IMG/VR virus record: IMGVR_UViG_3300020463_001991
Coordinates: 1 to 58,882 of that record
From: a virus
Taxonomy: Duplodnaviria; Caudoviricetes
Reading direction: 5' to 3' (one strand)
DNA: 58,882 nt
The notes under the pieces are model-generated. The model saw nothing but the letters and a program-made list of their open reading frames with translations. It made no database searches and was not told where the DNA came from. The position numbers and the translations under genes are program-made. Numbering within the stretch: position 1 is the stretch's first letter; each line of letters opens with the position of its first letter. Positions 37,701 through 48,013 of this stretch are shown piece by piece.

Positions 37701-37958
37701 ATGACAACCCAATTCGACTCAGAACAAAAAGCAAAACTTACACAAATTATCAACGAAGGTATGGGTGTGATGAGCGAAGTAGAAGCACTTAACGAAGGCC
37801 TAAGCGATACTGTTAAAGCAATCGCCGAAGAACTACAAATCAAACCATCAGTGCTTAAGAAAGCAATACGTATTGCACACAAAGCAAGTTACACTGCTGA
37901 AAAAGAAGATCAAGAACTACTTGAAGAAATATTAACAACTGCTGGACGGACTCTTTAA
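37701..37958 (+). CDS. Small dsDNA-binding protein (T4 DsbA-like)
   Basis: 85 aa, helical; DTVKAIAEELQIKPSVLKKAIRIAHK pattern. Confidence 0.55.
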   Translation: MTTQFDSEQKAKLTQIINEGMGVMSEVEALNEGLSDTVKAIAEELQIKPSVLKKAIRIAHKASYTAEKEDQELLEEILTTAGRTL

Positions 37959-37963
37959 GCTAT

Positions 37964-38887
37964 ATGGATAAAGTATACGATGACGATATTTGGACAAAAA
38001 GCAGTGCAGGAAAGGAAGAGACAAAAACATATAAAATTTTAGAAAGTTATTGTAATAAGCACGACCAATTTGTTTTTTCATTAGTAGATTTACTTCCAGA
38101 TAACAAATTAAAAAACAATATTATTGTAACTGATAACTTTATCAAAAAGAAACATATTGCTTTATACCCTGAGTTTTACGGCAACTACTTTTATAAACCA
38201 AAGTACACTGAGAGATTACCTACTAAGTTATTTTGTTGCTTTATTAACCGGGCAGATAGTTTTAGGCAAAGCTGGTTGTACCAGTTTGAACGTTGTAAAA
38301 TCCTAGATAAAGGTGCCGTAAGTTATCGTTTAGAATACAGGAAAGATGATATCGCAAAAGAAATATCAACTACGCCTTCTCTGTTATTTGAACACTTATA
38401 TCAAGGCAATGAAATATTTGCTAAAGAGCATAACATTTTAAAATATCGAGTTCCATTTACAACATTTGAAACTACACTAGAACAGGCTATAATTGACAGC
38501 AAAATAAGTTTAGTTTTAGAAACCTATTTTGATAAAACACACGGTGTTGCATTCAGCGAAAAAATATTTAGAAATTTACTGTTGCCAAGACCATTTTTGC
38601 TGTTTAACAACCCTGGAGCAATACAACATCTAAGAAGTTGCGGGTTTGATGTTTTTGACGATATTGTCGATCACTCTTACGACAATATCATAGAAGGTGT
38701 TCCTAAACAAATACATATATTAGAACAAACTAAAAAATTTGCATTAATAGAATATTCTACCAAATTGGTTGATAGATTACAAGAAGGATGCAATAATAAC
38801 ATAAACAAACTGTTAGAACTTAAAAACTTGTGGCCAACAAAATTACAGTCTGTTGTTGAAAAATTGGAAAACAATGAGTTACGTTGA
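37964..38887 (+). CDS. Hypothetical protein, possibly a glycosyltransferase-like glycan enzyme
   Basis: SLVLET...FSEKIFR..PF...LRSCGFDVFDDIVDHSYD; the SEK motif recalls GT10-like proteins. Confidence 0.45.
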   Translation: MDKVYDDDIWTKSSAGKEETKTYKILESYCNKHDQFVFSLVDLLPDNKLKNNIIVTDNFIKKKHIALYPEFYGNYFYKPKYTERLPTKLFCCFINRADSFRQSWLYQFERCKILDKGAVSYRLEYRKDDIAKEISTTPSLLFEHLYQGNEIFAKEHNILKYRVPFTTFETTLEQAIIDSKISLVLETYFDKTHGVAFSEKIFRNLLLPRPFLLFNNPGAIQHLRSCGFDVFDDIVDHSYDNIIEGVPKQIHILEQTKKFALIEYSTKLVDRLQEGCNNNINKLLELKNLWPTKLQSVVEKLENNELR

Positions 38888-41534
38888 CGCACTATTTGAC
38901 AGAGAAAAAGATAGAATACACGTTGTAGAACGTGTAGATGGCAGGAGAGAATATAGAGAGTTTCCTGCCAGTTACTGTTTCTATTATGCTGACCCAAGAG
39001 GCAAATATAAAAGTATCTATGGCCGTCCTGTTAGTAGGTTTGCAACACGTAACAACAAAGAGTTCCGTAAAGAATTGCGTATTCAAAACGGAAAGGAACT
39101 GTTTGAATCAGATGTTAATCCTGTGTTTAGATGCTTTGAAGAAAACTACAAAGGCATAGATGCACCTAAGTTACAAACTGCATTTTTTGATATTGAGGTT
39201 GACTTTGATCCTGTAAAGGGCTATAGTTCACCAGCAGATCCTTTTAATCCTGTGACTGCTATCAGTATATATCTACAGTGGATGGAGCAGTTGGTAACAT
39301 TAGTGATAGCTCCTAAAGCAATGAGCTGGGAAACTGCACAAGAAATATGCAACGAGTTTCCTAACACCATGCTATTTGAACGTGAAGAAGAGCTATTAGG
39401 AACGTTCTTGGACTTGATTGAAGATGCAGATATTATCAGTGGTTGGAACAGTGAAGGTTATGATATACCTTATCTTGTAAACAGAACTGCAAGAATACTG
39501 AGCAAGGATGACACTAGACGTTTTTGTTTATGGAGTCAACTGCCTAAGAAACGTACATTTGAACGTTTTGGATCAGAGAATGTGACATTTGATACTATAG
39601 GTAGAGTGCATATGGACTATATGCAACTGTATAGAAAGTACACATATGAAGAGAGACACAGTTACAGTTTAGATGCTATTGGTGAATATGAACTTGATGA
39701 GAAGAAAACTGCATATGAAGGTACACTAGATCAACTGTACAATCAAAACTTCAAAACATTTATTGAGTATTCGCGACAGGATACTGCACTGCTTGACAAG
39801 ATGGATAAGAAACTGCGTTTTATTGCATTGGCAAGTGAACTAGCACATGCAAATACTGTGTTGCTACAAACAACAATGGGTGCGGTTGCAGTTATAGAAC
39901 AAGCAATTATAAATGAAGCACATGAACAAGGCATGGTTGTGCCTAATAGAGCACAACGTCTTACAGATGATGATACTGCGGCGGCAGGTGCTTATGTTGC
40001 ATATCCAAAAAAAGGTATACACGAGTATGTTGGTGCTATTGACATCAACAGTTTGTATCCATCAGCCATTAGAGCATTGAATATGGCACAGGAAACCATT
40101 GTTGGACAACTGCGTCCTATAATGACAGAAAACTATATCAAAAACAAAATAAACAACAAAGCAAGTTTTGCAATGGCTTGGGAGGGCTTGTTTGGTTCAC
40201 TAGAATACACTGCGGTTATGAAACAAGAACGTGGCACAGAGATTACAGTGGACTGGGAGAATGGCGAAGAAAGTGTACACAGTGCCGCAGAGCTATGGAA
40301 ACTGATATTTGATAGCAACCAGCCGTGGATACTAAGTGCCAATGGTACTATATTCACTTATGAAAAAGAAGGCGTTGTACCTGGCTTACTTGCACGTTGG
40401 TATAGAGAACGTCAAGAGATACAGAAAAAACTGAGAGCCGCAACTGATCCCGACGAACGAGAGTTTTTGGACAAGCGACAACTTGTTAAGAAGATTAACT
40501 TAAACAGTTTGTATGGTGCTATTCTCAATCCAGGTTGTAGATTCTTTGATAAACGTATTGGACAGAGCACGACACTTACAGGTAGAGCAGTAGCACATCA
40601 TATGGATGCTTTTGTAAATGAAACCATAACTGGCAAGTATGATCATGTTGGTGATGCAGTAATTTATGGCGACACAGATAGTGTATACTTTAGTGCATAT
40701 CCGATACTGAAGAAAGATATAGATGCTGGTACTATGGAATGGAACAAAGAAATTTGTATACAACTTTATGATGCTATCAGTGACCAACTAAACGACAGTT
40801 GGCCAAGATTTATGGAACAAGCATTCCATGTGCCAAGAGACAACGGACTCATTATTAAAGGCGGTAGAGAACTTATTGCTGATAGAGGATTGTTTATTAC
40901 AAAGAAACGTTATGCAGTAAACATATTTGACTTGGAAGGCAAGCGACTAGACATAGAAGGCAAGCAAGGCAAAATCAAAGCAATGGGCTTGGACTTGAAA
41001 CGTAGTGATACGCCAAAGGTTATACAAGACTTTTTGATGACCTTACTAGTAGAAGTGCTTGCTGGTGCTGGCAGAGAAAAAATTATAGAGATGATTAAAG
41101 CATTCAAGTTTGATTTCAAAGAACGTCCTGCTTGGGAAAAAGGTTCACCTAAACGTGTTAACAACCTAACTATGTATAGCAAGAAGGAAGAACGTGAAGG
41201 CCGTGCAAACATGCCTGGACATGTACGTGCCGGTATGAATTGGAATACTATGAAGAAGATGAATTCAGACAACTACAGTCAGCAGATTATTGATGGTATG
41301 AAAACTATTGTGTGTAAACTAAAGCCAAATCCACTGAACTGGACCTCAATTGGTTATCCGACAGATGAGATGCACTTGCCACAATGGTTTAAAGAACTGC
41401 CGTTTGATGATGCACTTATGGAAGCCACTGTTGTTGATCAAAAGATTGACAACCTGTTACATGTACTTGAGTGGGATTTGGCAAGCGAAACAAATACTGC
41501 AAACACTTTTAATTCCTTATTTGAGTTTGAATAA
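38874..41534 (+). CDS. Family B DNA polymerase (gp43-like)
   Basis: Exonuclease FFDIEVD, GWNSEGYD, YSLD; polymerase DINSLYPS, KKINLNSLYG, YGDTDS, KKRY; no intein. Confidence 0.97.
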   Translation: MSYVDALFDREKDRIHVVERVDGRREYREFPASYCFYYADPRGKYKSIYGRPVSRFATRNNKEFRKELRIQNGKELFESDVNPVFRCFEENYKGIDAPKLQTAFFDIEVDFDPVKGYSSPADPFNPVTAISIYLQWMEQLVTLVIAPKAMSWETAQEICNEFPNTMLFEREEELLGTFLDLIEDADIISGWNSEGYDIPYLVNRTARILSKDDTRRFCLWSQLPKKRTFERFGSENVTFDTIGRVHMDYMQLYRKYTYEERHSYSLDAIGEYELDEKKTAYEGTLDQLYNQNFKTFIEYSRQDTALLDKMDKKLRFIALASELAHANTVLLQTTMGAVAVIEQAIINEAHEQGMVVPNRAQRLTDDDTAAAGAYVAYPKKGIHEYVGAIDINSLYPSAIRALNMAQETIVGQLRPIMTENYIKNKINNKASFAMAWEGLFGSLEYTAVMKQERGTEITVDWENGEESVHSAAELWKLIFDSNQPWILSANGTIFTYEKEGVVPGLLARWYRERQEIQKKLRAATDPDEREFLDKRQLVKKINLNSLYGAILNPGCRFFDKRIGQSTTLTGRAVAHHMDAFVNETITGKYDHVGDAVIYGDTDSVYFSAYPILKKDIDAGTMEWNKEICIQLYDAISDQLNDSWPRFMEQAFHVPRDNGLIIKGGRELIADRGLFITKKRYAVNIFDLEGKRLDIEGKQGKIKAMGLDLKRSDTPKVIQDFLMTLLVEVLAGAGREKIIEMIKAFKFDFKERPAWEKGSPKRVNNLTMYSKKEEREGRANMPGHVRAGMNWNTMKKMNSDNYSQQIIDGMKTIVCKLKPNPLNWTSIGYPTDEMHLPQWFKELPFDDALMEATVVDQKIDNLLHVLEWDLASETNTANTFNSLFEFE

Positions 41535-42499
41535 TGACTGAAAAATTAAGAGATATAGTTAGATACAGAGCTATGGTTGATAGTATAGATATGGATACCA
41601 TTCGCAAAGATATCAATGAAACACTAAGCAAGGTTTGTAACGATCTTGCAATAAACAACTTTGATGCTGAAAATTTAAAAGATCGCATGCTTAATAGTCA
41701 TTTATCAGTGTTGAATAATTTAGAGGACATGTCACTTGATCTAAATACATTTAAGGAAGAGATCAACAAACAGGTGAAAAAGATCGAAGAACCATACTAT
41801 GAAAAAAGCAAAGAAATTTATAAAAATCATGAACTGTTGTCGCCAATGGATAAACTTAGCCGACTTAAAAACAAAGATTTGTTATTCCATGAAGATACAA
41901 CTAAGGAATTGATAAATGCAATAACTATCAAGATAAGCAATCAATATGCTTGTTGTCAACTTGCACCTGGTTATGGCGATATTACAAAACATTTAGTACA
42001 TGGGACACCTTTGTACATTGTAGAGCAAGACAGAGAAGGATCAGCGGTTAATACAGATTTTTTCAATCAGATAATGACAAATCGTATTGCTTGGTATACA
42101 ATGAACGATAATGACAAAGAGATATTATCGGCACTTCCGCAAAGTCAGATTGGATGCTTTGTTGTAATTGATTATTTTAATTTTAAGTCTGAGGATATTA
42201 TTGAAAAATACTTAAAGTCAATTTACAAATGTTTACGTCCGGGAGGTGCAGTAATTTTTACCTTTAATAACTGCGATTATCCAAATGCTATTGACAAAGT
42301 TGATGAAATGTACTATTGTTATACAACAGGCACACAAATGAAAAAAATATGTTCTTCTATAGGGTTTGAGATACTGAGACTTACTGCAATGGGTTATGAT
42401 GAGCTAGAAAACGGTATAAGTTGGTTAGAAATAAAAAAACCAGGAGAGCTCAATACAATACGATCGGCACAAGGACTTGCCAGCATAGAAAAATTATAA
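41534..42499 (+). CDS. Coiled-coil plus class I SAM-methyltransferase-like protein
   Basis: Degenerate motif I (QLAPGYG) and YLKSIYKCLRPGGAVIFTF. Confidence 0.55.
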   Translation: MTEKLRDIVRYRAMVDSIDMDTIRKDINETLSKVCNDLAINNFDAENLKDRMLNSHLSVLNNLEDMSLDLNTFKEEINKQVKKIEEPYYEKSKEIYKNHELLSPMDKLSRLKNKDLLFHEDTTKELINAITIKISNQYACCQLAPGYGDITKHLVHGTPLYIVEQDREGSAVNTDFFNQIMTNRIAWYTMNDNDKEILSALPQSQIGCFVVIDYFNFKSEDIIEKYLKSIYKCLRPGGAVIFTFNNCDYPNAIDKVDEMYYCYTTGTQMKKICSSIGFEILRLTAMGYDELENGISWLEIKKPGELNTIRSAQGLASIEKL

Positions 42500-42514
42500 A
42501 CTGGAGAAGAAAAC

Positions 42515-43246
42515 ATGAGAGACTATCTACTAGACTTAGTTGAACACAGCTATGACTTAGGTTGCATTGACCTAATTAAAATTACAGGCACAGACACTGC
42601 TACATCAGTTGATGGTCTTGCAGAGGACAAGAGTGTTGTGTTACAGGCAAAGTTTGGAACGCCTGTTGCAGACTACATTGGCACATTTGGTATGCCTAAC
42701 TTAGCAAAACTAAAAATTCTGCTTAACATTGGTGAGTACAAAGAAAACGCAGACATTAGTGTGAAAAGGCAAGAACGCAATGGCGAGAATGCTCCTGTTG
42801 GACTACACTTTAAAAACGCCGCTGGTGACTTTAAGAACGACTATAGGTTTATGGTAAGTGAAATTGTAAATGAAAAGCTCAAAGGTGTTAAGATGAAAGA
42901 TGTGCCTTGGGACATTGAATTTGAGCCAACAACTGCAAGTATCATGCGATTGAAAATGCAGGCACAGGCAAATGCAGAAGAGACAACATTTCAAACTAAA
43001 ACTGAAGATGGACATTTAAAGTTTTTGTTTGGTGATCATAGCACACATGCAGGAGACTTTGTATTCCAACATGACGTTGGTGGTAAGTTAACTAAAGCAT
43101 GGAGTTGGCCAGTGCAACAGTTCATAGCAATTATGAATTTAACTGGCGATAAAACTGTGAGAATAAGCGATAGTGGTGCAACTAAGATAACTGTTGATTC
43201 AGGTATTGCAGTGTATGACTATATCCTTCCAGCACAAAGTAAGTAA
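42515..43246 (+). CDS. Putative sliding clamp (gp45-like)
   Basis: 243 aa with two-domain beta/alpha pattern and C-terminal YDYILPA; in the polymerase operon; clamp loader present in the window. Confidence 0.55.
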   Translation: MRDYLLDLVEHSYDLGCIDLIKITGTDTATSVDGLAEDKSVVLQAKFGTPVADYIGTFGMPNLAKLKILLNIGEYKENADISVKRQERNGENAPVGLHFKNAAGDFKNDYRFMVSEIVNEKLKGVKMKDVPWDIEFEPTTASIMRLKMQAQANAEETTFQTKTEDGHLKFLFGDHSTHAGDFVFQHDVGGKLTKAWSWPVQQFIAIMNLTGDKTVRISDSGATKITVDSGIAVYDYILPAQSK

Positions 43247-44704
43247 ATGCAACAAGACAACCTAACTGATAAACAAAGCGACTATGCAATATTTTTGCCT
43301 GCAATAAGCAGTTTCTATGCTACCTATATTGGTGCAGAACGTTATCCAGATAAAGTAAAAAGCATTATTGGTGATAGGTTGCCTAAGGGTATTCCAAACA
43401 TGGAAGCAATGAATTGGCTTAATGCACAACAAGCATTGTTTCCGTATAAATGGAGTTTATACAGTGCTGGCCATGCCAACATGGACCTAAGTGTACATGT
43501 ACCCAAAGAAGATATGATACGTAACAGATCAGAAGATACTATTATGGTTGCTGACTCTGGTGGATTCCAGATTGCAAAAGGTGTATGGCCAGGAGCATGG
43601 GCAGACACTACAGATAAAGCGGCACAGAAAAAACGTGAAGCAGTTATTAAATGGCAAAGTGGCATAGCAAACTATGGTATGACACTTGATATTCCAACAT
43701 GGACTTACTTAGATCCAAAGGCTAGTGAAGCATGTGGAATAAAAAGTTACAAAGACGCAGTTGATGCAACATTATTCAACAATGAATTTTTTATGGAAGC
43801 CAGAGATAAAGATCTAAAGATACTAAATGTGCTACAAGGAAGTAATCATACTGAAGCTGATCAATGGTACGATACTATGAAAAAGTTTTGTTCAGACAAG
43901 TATGAACGCCCATTTGATGGATGGGGTATGGGTGGACAAAACATGTGTGACCTACATCTAATACTACGTCGTTTGGTAACACTTATACATGAAGGTTTAT
44001 TAGAAAAAGGTCAACATGATTGGATGCACTTTTTAGGCACTAGCAAACTAGAATGGGCATTACTGCTTACAGATATACAACGTAGTGTTAGGCGCCATGC
44101 AAATTCAAACTTTACAGTTAGTTTTGACTGTGCTTCGCCGTTCTTAGCAACTGCAAACGGACAAGTTTATACAAGACTACGTTCTGATGATAGAGGCAAG
44201 TGGAGTTACTTGATGGAAGCCACTGCTGACAATAAAAAGTATGCATACAATACAGACCGGTTTAGTGATGTAGTTGTACGTGATGGCATACACAAACAGT
44301 TTGATGATTCACCTATAAGTGCAGGTTGTACTATTGGAGATATTTGCAAGTATGGTCCAGGTGACCTAAATAAGATTGGCAAAGAAGGCAAAACCAGTTG
44401 GGATAGTTTCAGTTATGCATTGCTTATGGGTCACAATGTTTGGCAACACATATACGCAGTACAAGAATCAAACAGACTGTATGATCAAGGAACAATGCCT
44501 GACATGCTTGTAAATGATACATTTACAAAAATTACTATTCGAGATGTTATTGACGAGGTATTTGCACAAAAGGATTTAACAAAAAGCATGAACTTACTTG
44601 ACAAGCACAGCAAGTTATTAGACAGTGTAATTGGTGGATCAAGAGGTACAACTGGTAAAAAAATTGTCAACAGTAAAACACAATTTAATGCATTATTTGA
44701 TTGA
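43247..44704 (+). CDS. tRNA-guanine transglycosylase-like protein, probable DNA 7-deazaguanine insertase (DpdA-like)
   Basis: ADSGGFQ, MTLDIP, LNVLQG, GWGMGG, HFLGT, SFDCASP and HN are TGT-fold motifs; folE and queD lie nearby. Confidence 0.75.
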   Translation: MQQDNLTDKQSDYAIFLPAISSFYATYIGAERYPDKVKSIIGDRLPKGIPNMEAMNWLNAQQALFPYKWSLYSAGHANMDLSVHVPKEDMIRNRSEDTIMVADSGGFQIAKGVWPGAWADTTDKAAQKKREAVIKWQSGIANYGMTLDIPTWTYLDPKASEACGIKSYKDAVDATLFNNEFFMEARDKDLKILNVLQGSNHTEADQWYDTMKKFCSDKYERPFDGWGMGGQNMCDLHLILRRLVTLIHEGLLEKGQHDWMHFLGTSKLEWALLLTDIQRSVRRHANSNFTVSFDCASPFLATANGQVYTRLRSDDRGKWSYLMEATADNKKYAYNTDRFSDVVVRDGIHKQFDDSPISAGCTIGDICKYGPGDLNKIGKEGKTSWDSFSYALLMGHNVWQHIYAVQESNRLYDQGTMPDMLVNDTFTKITIRDVIDEVFAQKDLTKSMNLLDKHSKLLDSVIGGSRGTTGKKIVNSKTQFNALFD

Positions 44705-44729
44705 CATTAGAACAATACTATTGTATAAT
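44701..44729 (+). promoter_or_regulatory. sigma70-type promoter
   Basis: TTGACA-N17-TATAAT. Confidence 0.8.
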
Positions 44730-44754
44730 ACTAACTTAACAATGAGGAACTATT

Positions 44755-45489
44755 ATGAACGTGAAGATTGACGAAACACAACAGGCTGGTAAGGACATGG
44801 TACAAGCACAAGTACACGCAGAAATACAAGAACGTTTATTACCAGGCATGCAATATGGAGCATGGTTACAATGGTTCCATCGTAATTGTAACCCACGTAA
44901 CTATTTGGAGATCGGTGTAAACACAGGTAGAAGTTTGCAGTATGTAATGTCAAAAGTACCATGTGTTGGTATTGATCCGAATCCTCTAATTGAATATGAA
45001 CTGTCTGACGAGACAAAAGTTTTTAAGATGGACAGTGATAGCTTTTTTGCAAATGAAAATGTTGAACAACTGCTTGGAGATAAAATTGAACTAGCATTTA
45101 TCGATGGCTTACATCATTATGATCAAGTGCTAAAAGACTTTATCAATATTGAAAAACATTCAGATAAAGACACAATAGTATTGTTACATGATATCTATCC
45201 AGTTGTTCCAGAAACTGCCACACGTGAATGGAATACATTTTACTGGGCAGGTGATACGTGGAAATTTATGCACGTGCTAAAAACATATCGTCCAGATTTA
45301 TGTACAAGAACTATTCCAACATTTCCAACAGGATTAGGCTTTGTAAACAATTTGGATGCAAATAACACTGTGCTTGAAGATCAATTTGATACTATACTAG
45401 CAGAATTTGATAACAAAATATATGATTTAAATAATCCAGTTAACCTAGTCAAAAATAATGTAGAGGACATTATCAAATGCCTCACCTAG
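44755..45489 (+). CDS. Class I SAM-dependent methyltransferase (Methyltransf_24-like)
   Basis: YLEIGVNTGRS, GIDP, AFIDGLH, LLHD, W.GDTWK. Confidence 0.85.
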   Translation: MNVKIDETQQAGKDMVQAQVHAEIQERLLPGMQYGAWLQWFHRNCNPRNYLEIGVNTGRSLQYVMSKVPCVGIDPNPLIEYELSDETKVFKMDSDSFFANENVEQLLGDKIELAFIDGLHHYDQVLKDFINIEKHSDKDTIVLLHDIYPVVPETATREWNTFYWAGDTWKFMHVLKTYRPDLCTRTIPTFPTGLGFVNNLDANNTVLEDQFDTILAEFDNKIYDLNNPVNLVKNNVEDIIKCLT

Positions 45490-45992
45490 ATTATAACAAC
45501 ATTGAATTGTTTACTGGTAAAGAAGTAGAGCATACTCCAGCATACGGTATGCAGACACTGTTTGTAAATGGCAAACCTAGTGTTGATAAAATACTAGAAA
45601 ATGCCGTTGAACATGTGTATATGGGTGCAAATCATCTTGAGATCGATTATGATGACAAAGACGAACTAGAATACTTTAACAGTACAATTAGTAGTTTGTT
45701 GGCTAAAGGCTTTTATGTTACACTTGATTATGATGCACATCAGCATCGTAAAATGCTTACTGCATTAGATAATATTATTTGGCGTAGTAGTACGTTTATA
45801 CCAATGCTAAGTGTACATATTCCGCAGGTCCAAGATCATAGCAATCTTACAATTAAAATTGCAGATTCAAACTTCAAAGGGAGCAATGGCGGTGTATGGT
45901 GTATGAACATGAACGATGTTCCGCCGATGAAGTTTACGGATTGGAACAAGTACACAGACGATGAAGCAATTGAATACAAGGAGCCATTCTAA
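45477..45992 (+). CDS. Hypothetical protein in the deazaguanine cluster
   Basis: 171 aa (FTGKEVEHTPAYGMQTLFV, HVYMGANH, SNGGVWC), coupled to the QueD paralogue. Confidence 0.65.
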   Translation: MPHLDYNNIELFTGKEVEHTPAYGMQTLFVNGKPSVDKILENAVEHVYMGANHLEIDYDDKDELEYFNSTISSLLAKGFYVTLDYDAHQHRKMLTALDNIIWRSSTFIPMLSVHIPQVQDHSNLTIKIADSNFKGSNGGVWCMNMNDVPPMKFTDWNKYTDDEAIEYKEPF

Positions 45993-46408
45993 TGATACAA
46001 GCAGAACGTGAAGCAATTGAAACAAACAAGTCAAATGCAAGTAGAAAGATATGGGTAACATTTCAAAAAGAAGGCTTACATAAGTATCCAGCCGCACTTG
46101 ATGATCCAATGTTAGCCACTGGTGATGAATTTGATGTAAGTTTTTTAGGTTATATTCATAGGCACATATTTAAATTTAGAGTAGCAATTGAAGTGTTTCA
46201 CGATGATAGAGACATAGAGTTTATACAATTTAAACGTTGGTTGGAAAAACTATATACAGAAAAAACACTAGCATTAGATTTTAAAAGTTGTGAAATGATC
46301 AGTGATGATTTGTACACACATATAGCCGCTAAATATCCAGGTAGAACTGTTACCATTGAAGTAAGTGAAGATGGTGAAAATGGTTGTGAGGTTAACTACA
46401 ACAGGTAA
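45992..46408 (+). CDS. QueD-like T-fold protein, DpdL-like (putative CDG decarboxylase)
   Basis: EGLH...FLGYIHRHIF (LxxxHRHxF)...DRDIEFI...SCEM...VSEDGENG. Confidence 0.65.
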   Translation: MIQAEREAIETNKSNASRKIWVTFQKEGLHKYPAALDDPMLATGDEFDVSFLGYIHRHIFKFRVAIEVFHDDRDIEFIQFKRWLEKLYTEKTLALDFKSCEMISDDLYTHIAAKYPGRTVTIEVSEDGENGCEVNYNR

Positions 46409-46413
46409 CAATA

Positions 46414-46701
46414 ATGGTTTGGGAGACATTTGTATTATGCTTGGTAATCTTATTATGTATAGTGGCGGCAATGAGTATAGGCCTCCTGAGAGGCCTACGT
46501 GTAAAAGGCAGTTGCGGTGGTGCTACAGGCGTTTGCTCTGTATGTGGTAAAGACAATGCAAAAAAGCCAAGTAGGCTAGAACAAATGAAGAAAGATCCTA
46601 ACAGAAGGATCGACAGTGACGACATGACTGAAGTTGAGAAAATGGATGCAGGTTTCACACATGGAACTTATAATATTAACGGAAGAGATGTGGACTTCTA
46701 A
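46414..46701 (+). CDS. NqrM/DUF539-like small membrane protein
   Basis: Single TM helix ending MSIG, then VKGSCGG..GVCSVC. Confidence 0.65.
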   Translation: MVWETFVLCLVILLCIVAAMSIGLLRGLRVKGSCGGATGVCSVCGKDNAKKPSRLEQMKKDPNRRIDSDDMTEVEKMDAGFTHGTYNINGRDVDF

Positions 46702-47739
46702 ATGAGAATTGAACAAGATATAAAATTAGATTACAAAGACGTACTATTTAAACCAAAACGAAGTACACTCGAAAGTCGACGTGAAGTACGTTTAGAAAGA
46801 ACTTTTAACTTTCACAACAGTGGACAACAGTGGGTTGGTGTGCCTATTATGGCTAGTAATATGGATGGCGTTGGTACGTTCTCTATGGCTAAAGTTTTAC
46901 AAGAACACAAAATGTTAACAGTTATCCGTAAACACTACAGTTTAGAACAGTGGCAAAAGGCCAAAGGCGTAAAGATGCAATACGTAAGTGTTTGCACAGG
47001 TACTGCGGCCATATGGAACGATGATGCAGTTGATTATCAAACAATGCGAGCCGTACTTGCAATGTATCCAGACATTCCGTTTATCACTGTTGATGTTGCA
47101 AATGCATACCATGAAAACTTTGGACACTTTATTGCAAGACTAAGAGATGAATATCCTGATAAAACAATTATCGCAGGCAATGTTATAACTGGTGAGATGA
47201 CTGAAGAACTAATCATACGTGGAGCTGACATTGTCAAATGTGGTATAGGTCCTGGGTCAGTATGTACTACAAGATTAATGACTGGTGTAGGTGTTCCGCA
47301 ACTTAGTGGTATAATTGAATGTGCTGATGCCGCCAATGGTATTGGTGGACATATTGTTGCTGATGGTGGTTGTGTGTACCCAGGTGATGTTGCAAAAGCA
47401 TTCGGTGCAGGAGCACACATGGTAATGCTAGGCGGAATGTTAGCAGGCTCAGATGAATCAGAAGGCAAAGTAGTAGATGGCAAAGTACAATTTTATGGTA
47501 TGAGTTCGGATACTGCAATGGAAAAACACGGCAATAGAAAAGACGGCTATAGAGGTGCAGAAGGCAAAGTAGTAGAATTGCCATACAAAGGTGCAATTGA
47601 AAAAACTGTTACTGAAATCTTAGGCGGTGTAAGAAGTGCATGTACATATATTGGTGCTAAACGCATCAAAGACATGCCAAAGTGTACAACATTTGTACGT
47701 TGTTTACAAAATGTAAATGACGTGTTTGGCAGACAATAA
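46702..47739 (+). CDS. guaC: GMP reductase
   Basis: KLDYKDVLFKPKRSTLESR, ASNMDGVG, GIGPGSVCTTR, DGGC, FYGMSS, YRGAEGK, LGGVRSACTYIGA. Confidence 0.95.
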   Translation: MRIEQDIKLDYKDVLFKPKRSTLESRREVRLERTFNFHNSGQQWVGVPIMASNMDGVGTFSMAKVLQEHKMLTVIRKHYSLEQWQKAKGVKMQYVSVCTGTAAIWNDDAVDYQTMRAVLAMYPDIPFITVDVANAYHENFGHFIARLRDEYPDKTIIAGNVITGEMTEELIIRGADIVKCGIGPGSVCTTRLMTGVGVPQLSGIIECADAANGIGGHIVADGGCVYPGDVAKAFGAGAHMVMLGGMLAGSDESEGKVVDGKVQFYGMSSDTAMEKHGNRKDGYRGAEGKVVELPYKGAIEKTVTEILGGVRSACTYIGAKRIKDMPKCTTFVRCLQNVNDVFGRQ

Positions 47740-47960
47740 TGGCAGAAGAAAAATTTACACATAAAGTTGACCCAAGAATAATTCATGCAGATCAACGTAA
47801 ACAAGATACAAGAAGAGATGCTTGGGATAGAGATTATATGGGTGCCCATTATGTAAAACCAGAGCCAGAAACTACAAAGAAGATTTCGAATGCGGCGCCT
47901 GTTTTTGTTTTTGCATTTTTTTATATTTGTATATTAGTAATGATTAGTAGTACAAAATAG
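47739..47960 (+). CDS. Small membrane protein
   Basis: 73 aa with C-terminal hydrophobic helix. Confidence 0.6.
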   Translation: MAEEKFTHKVDPRIIHADQRKQDTRRDAWDRDYMGAHYVKPEPETTKKISNAAPVFVFAFFYICILVMISSTK

Positions 47961-47961
47961 G

Positions 47962-47990
47962 TTGACAAATTCAAATTATTATACTACAAT
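47962..47990 (+). promoter_or_regulatory. sigma70-type promoter
   Basis: TTGACA-N17-TACAAT; AGGAG RBS. Confidence 0.7.
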
Positions 47991-48013
47991 AAAGCATATT
48001 ATAGGAGTAATAC

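Noticed and set aside
38874-41534. Intein or intron in the DNA polymerase
   Set aside because: Length is normal for PolB, the motifs are contiguous, and no splice-junction or LAGLIDADG motifs are visible
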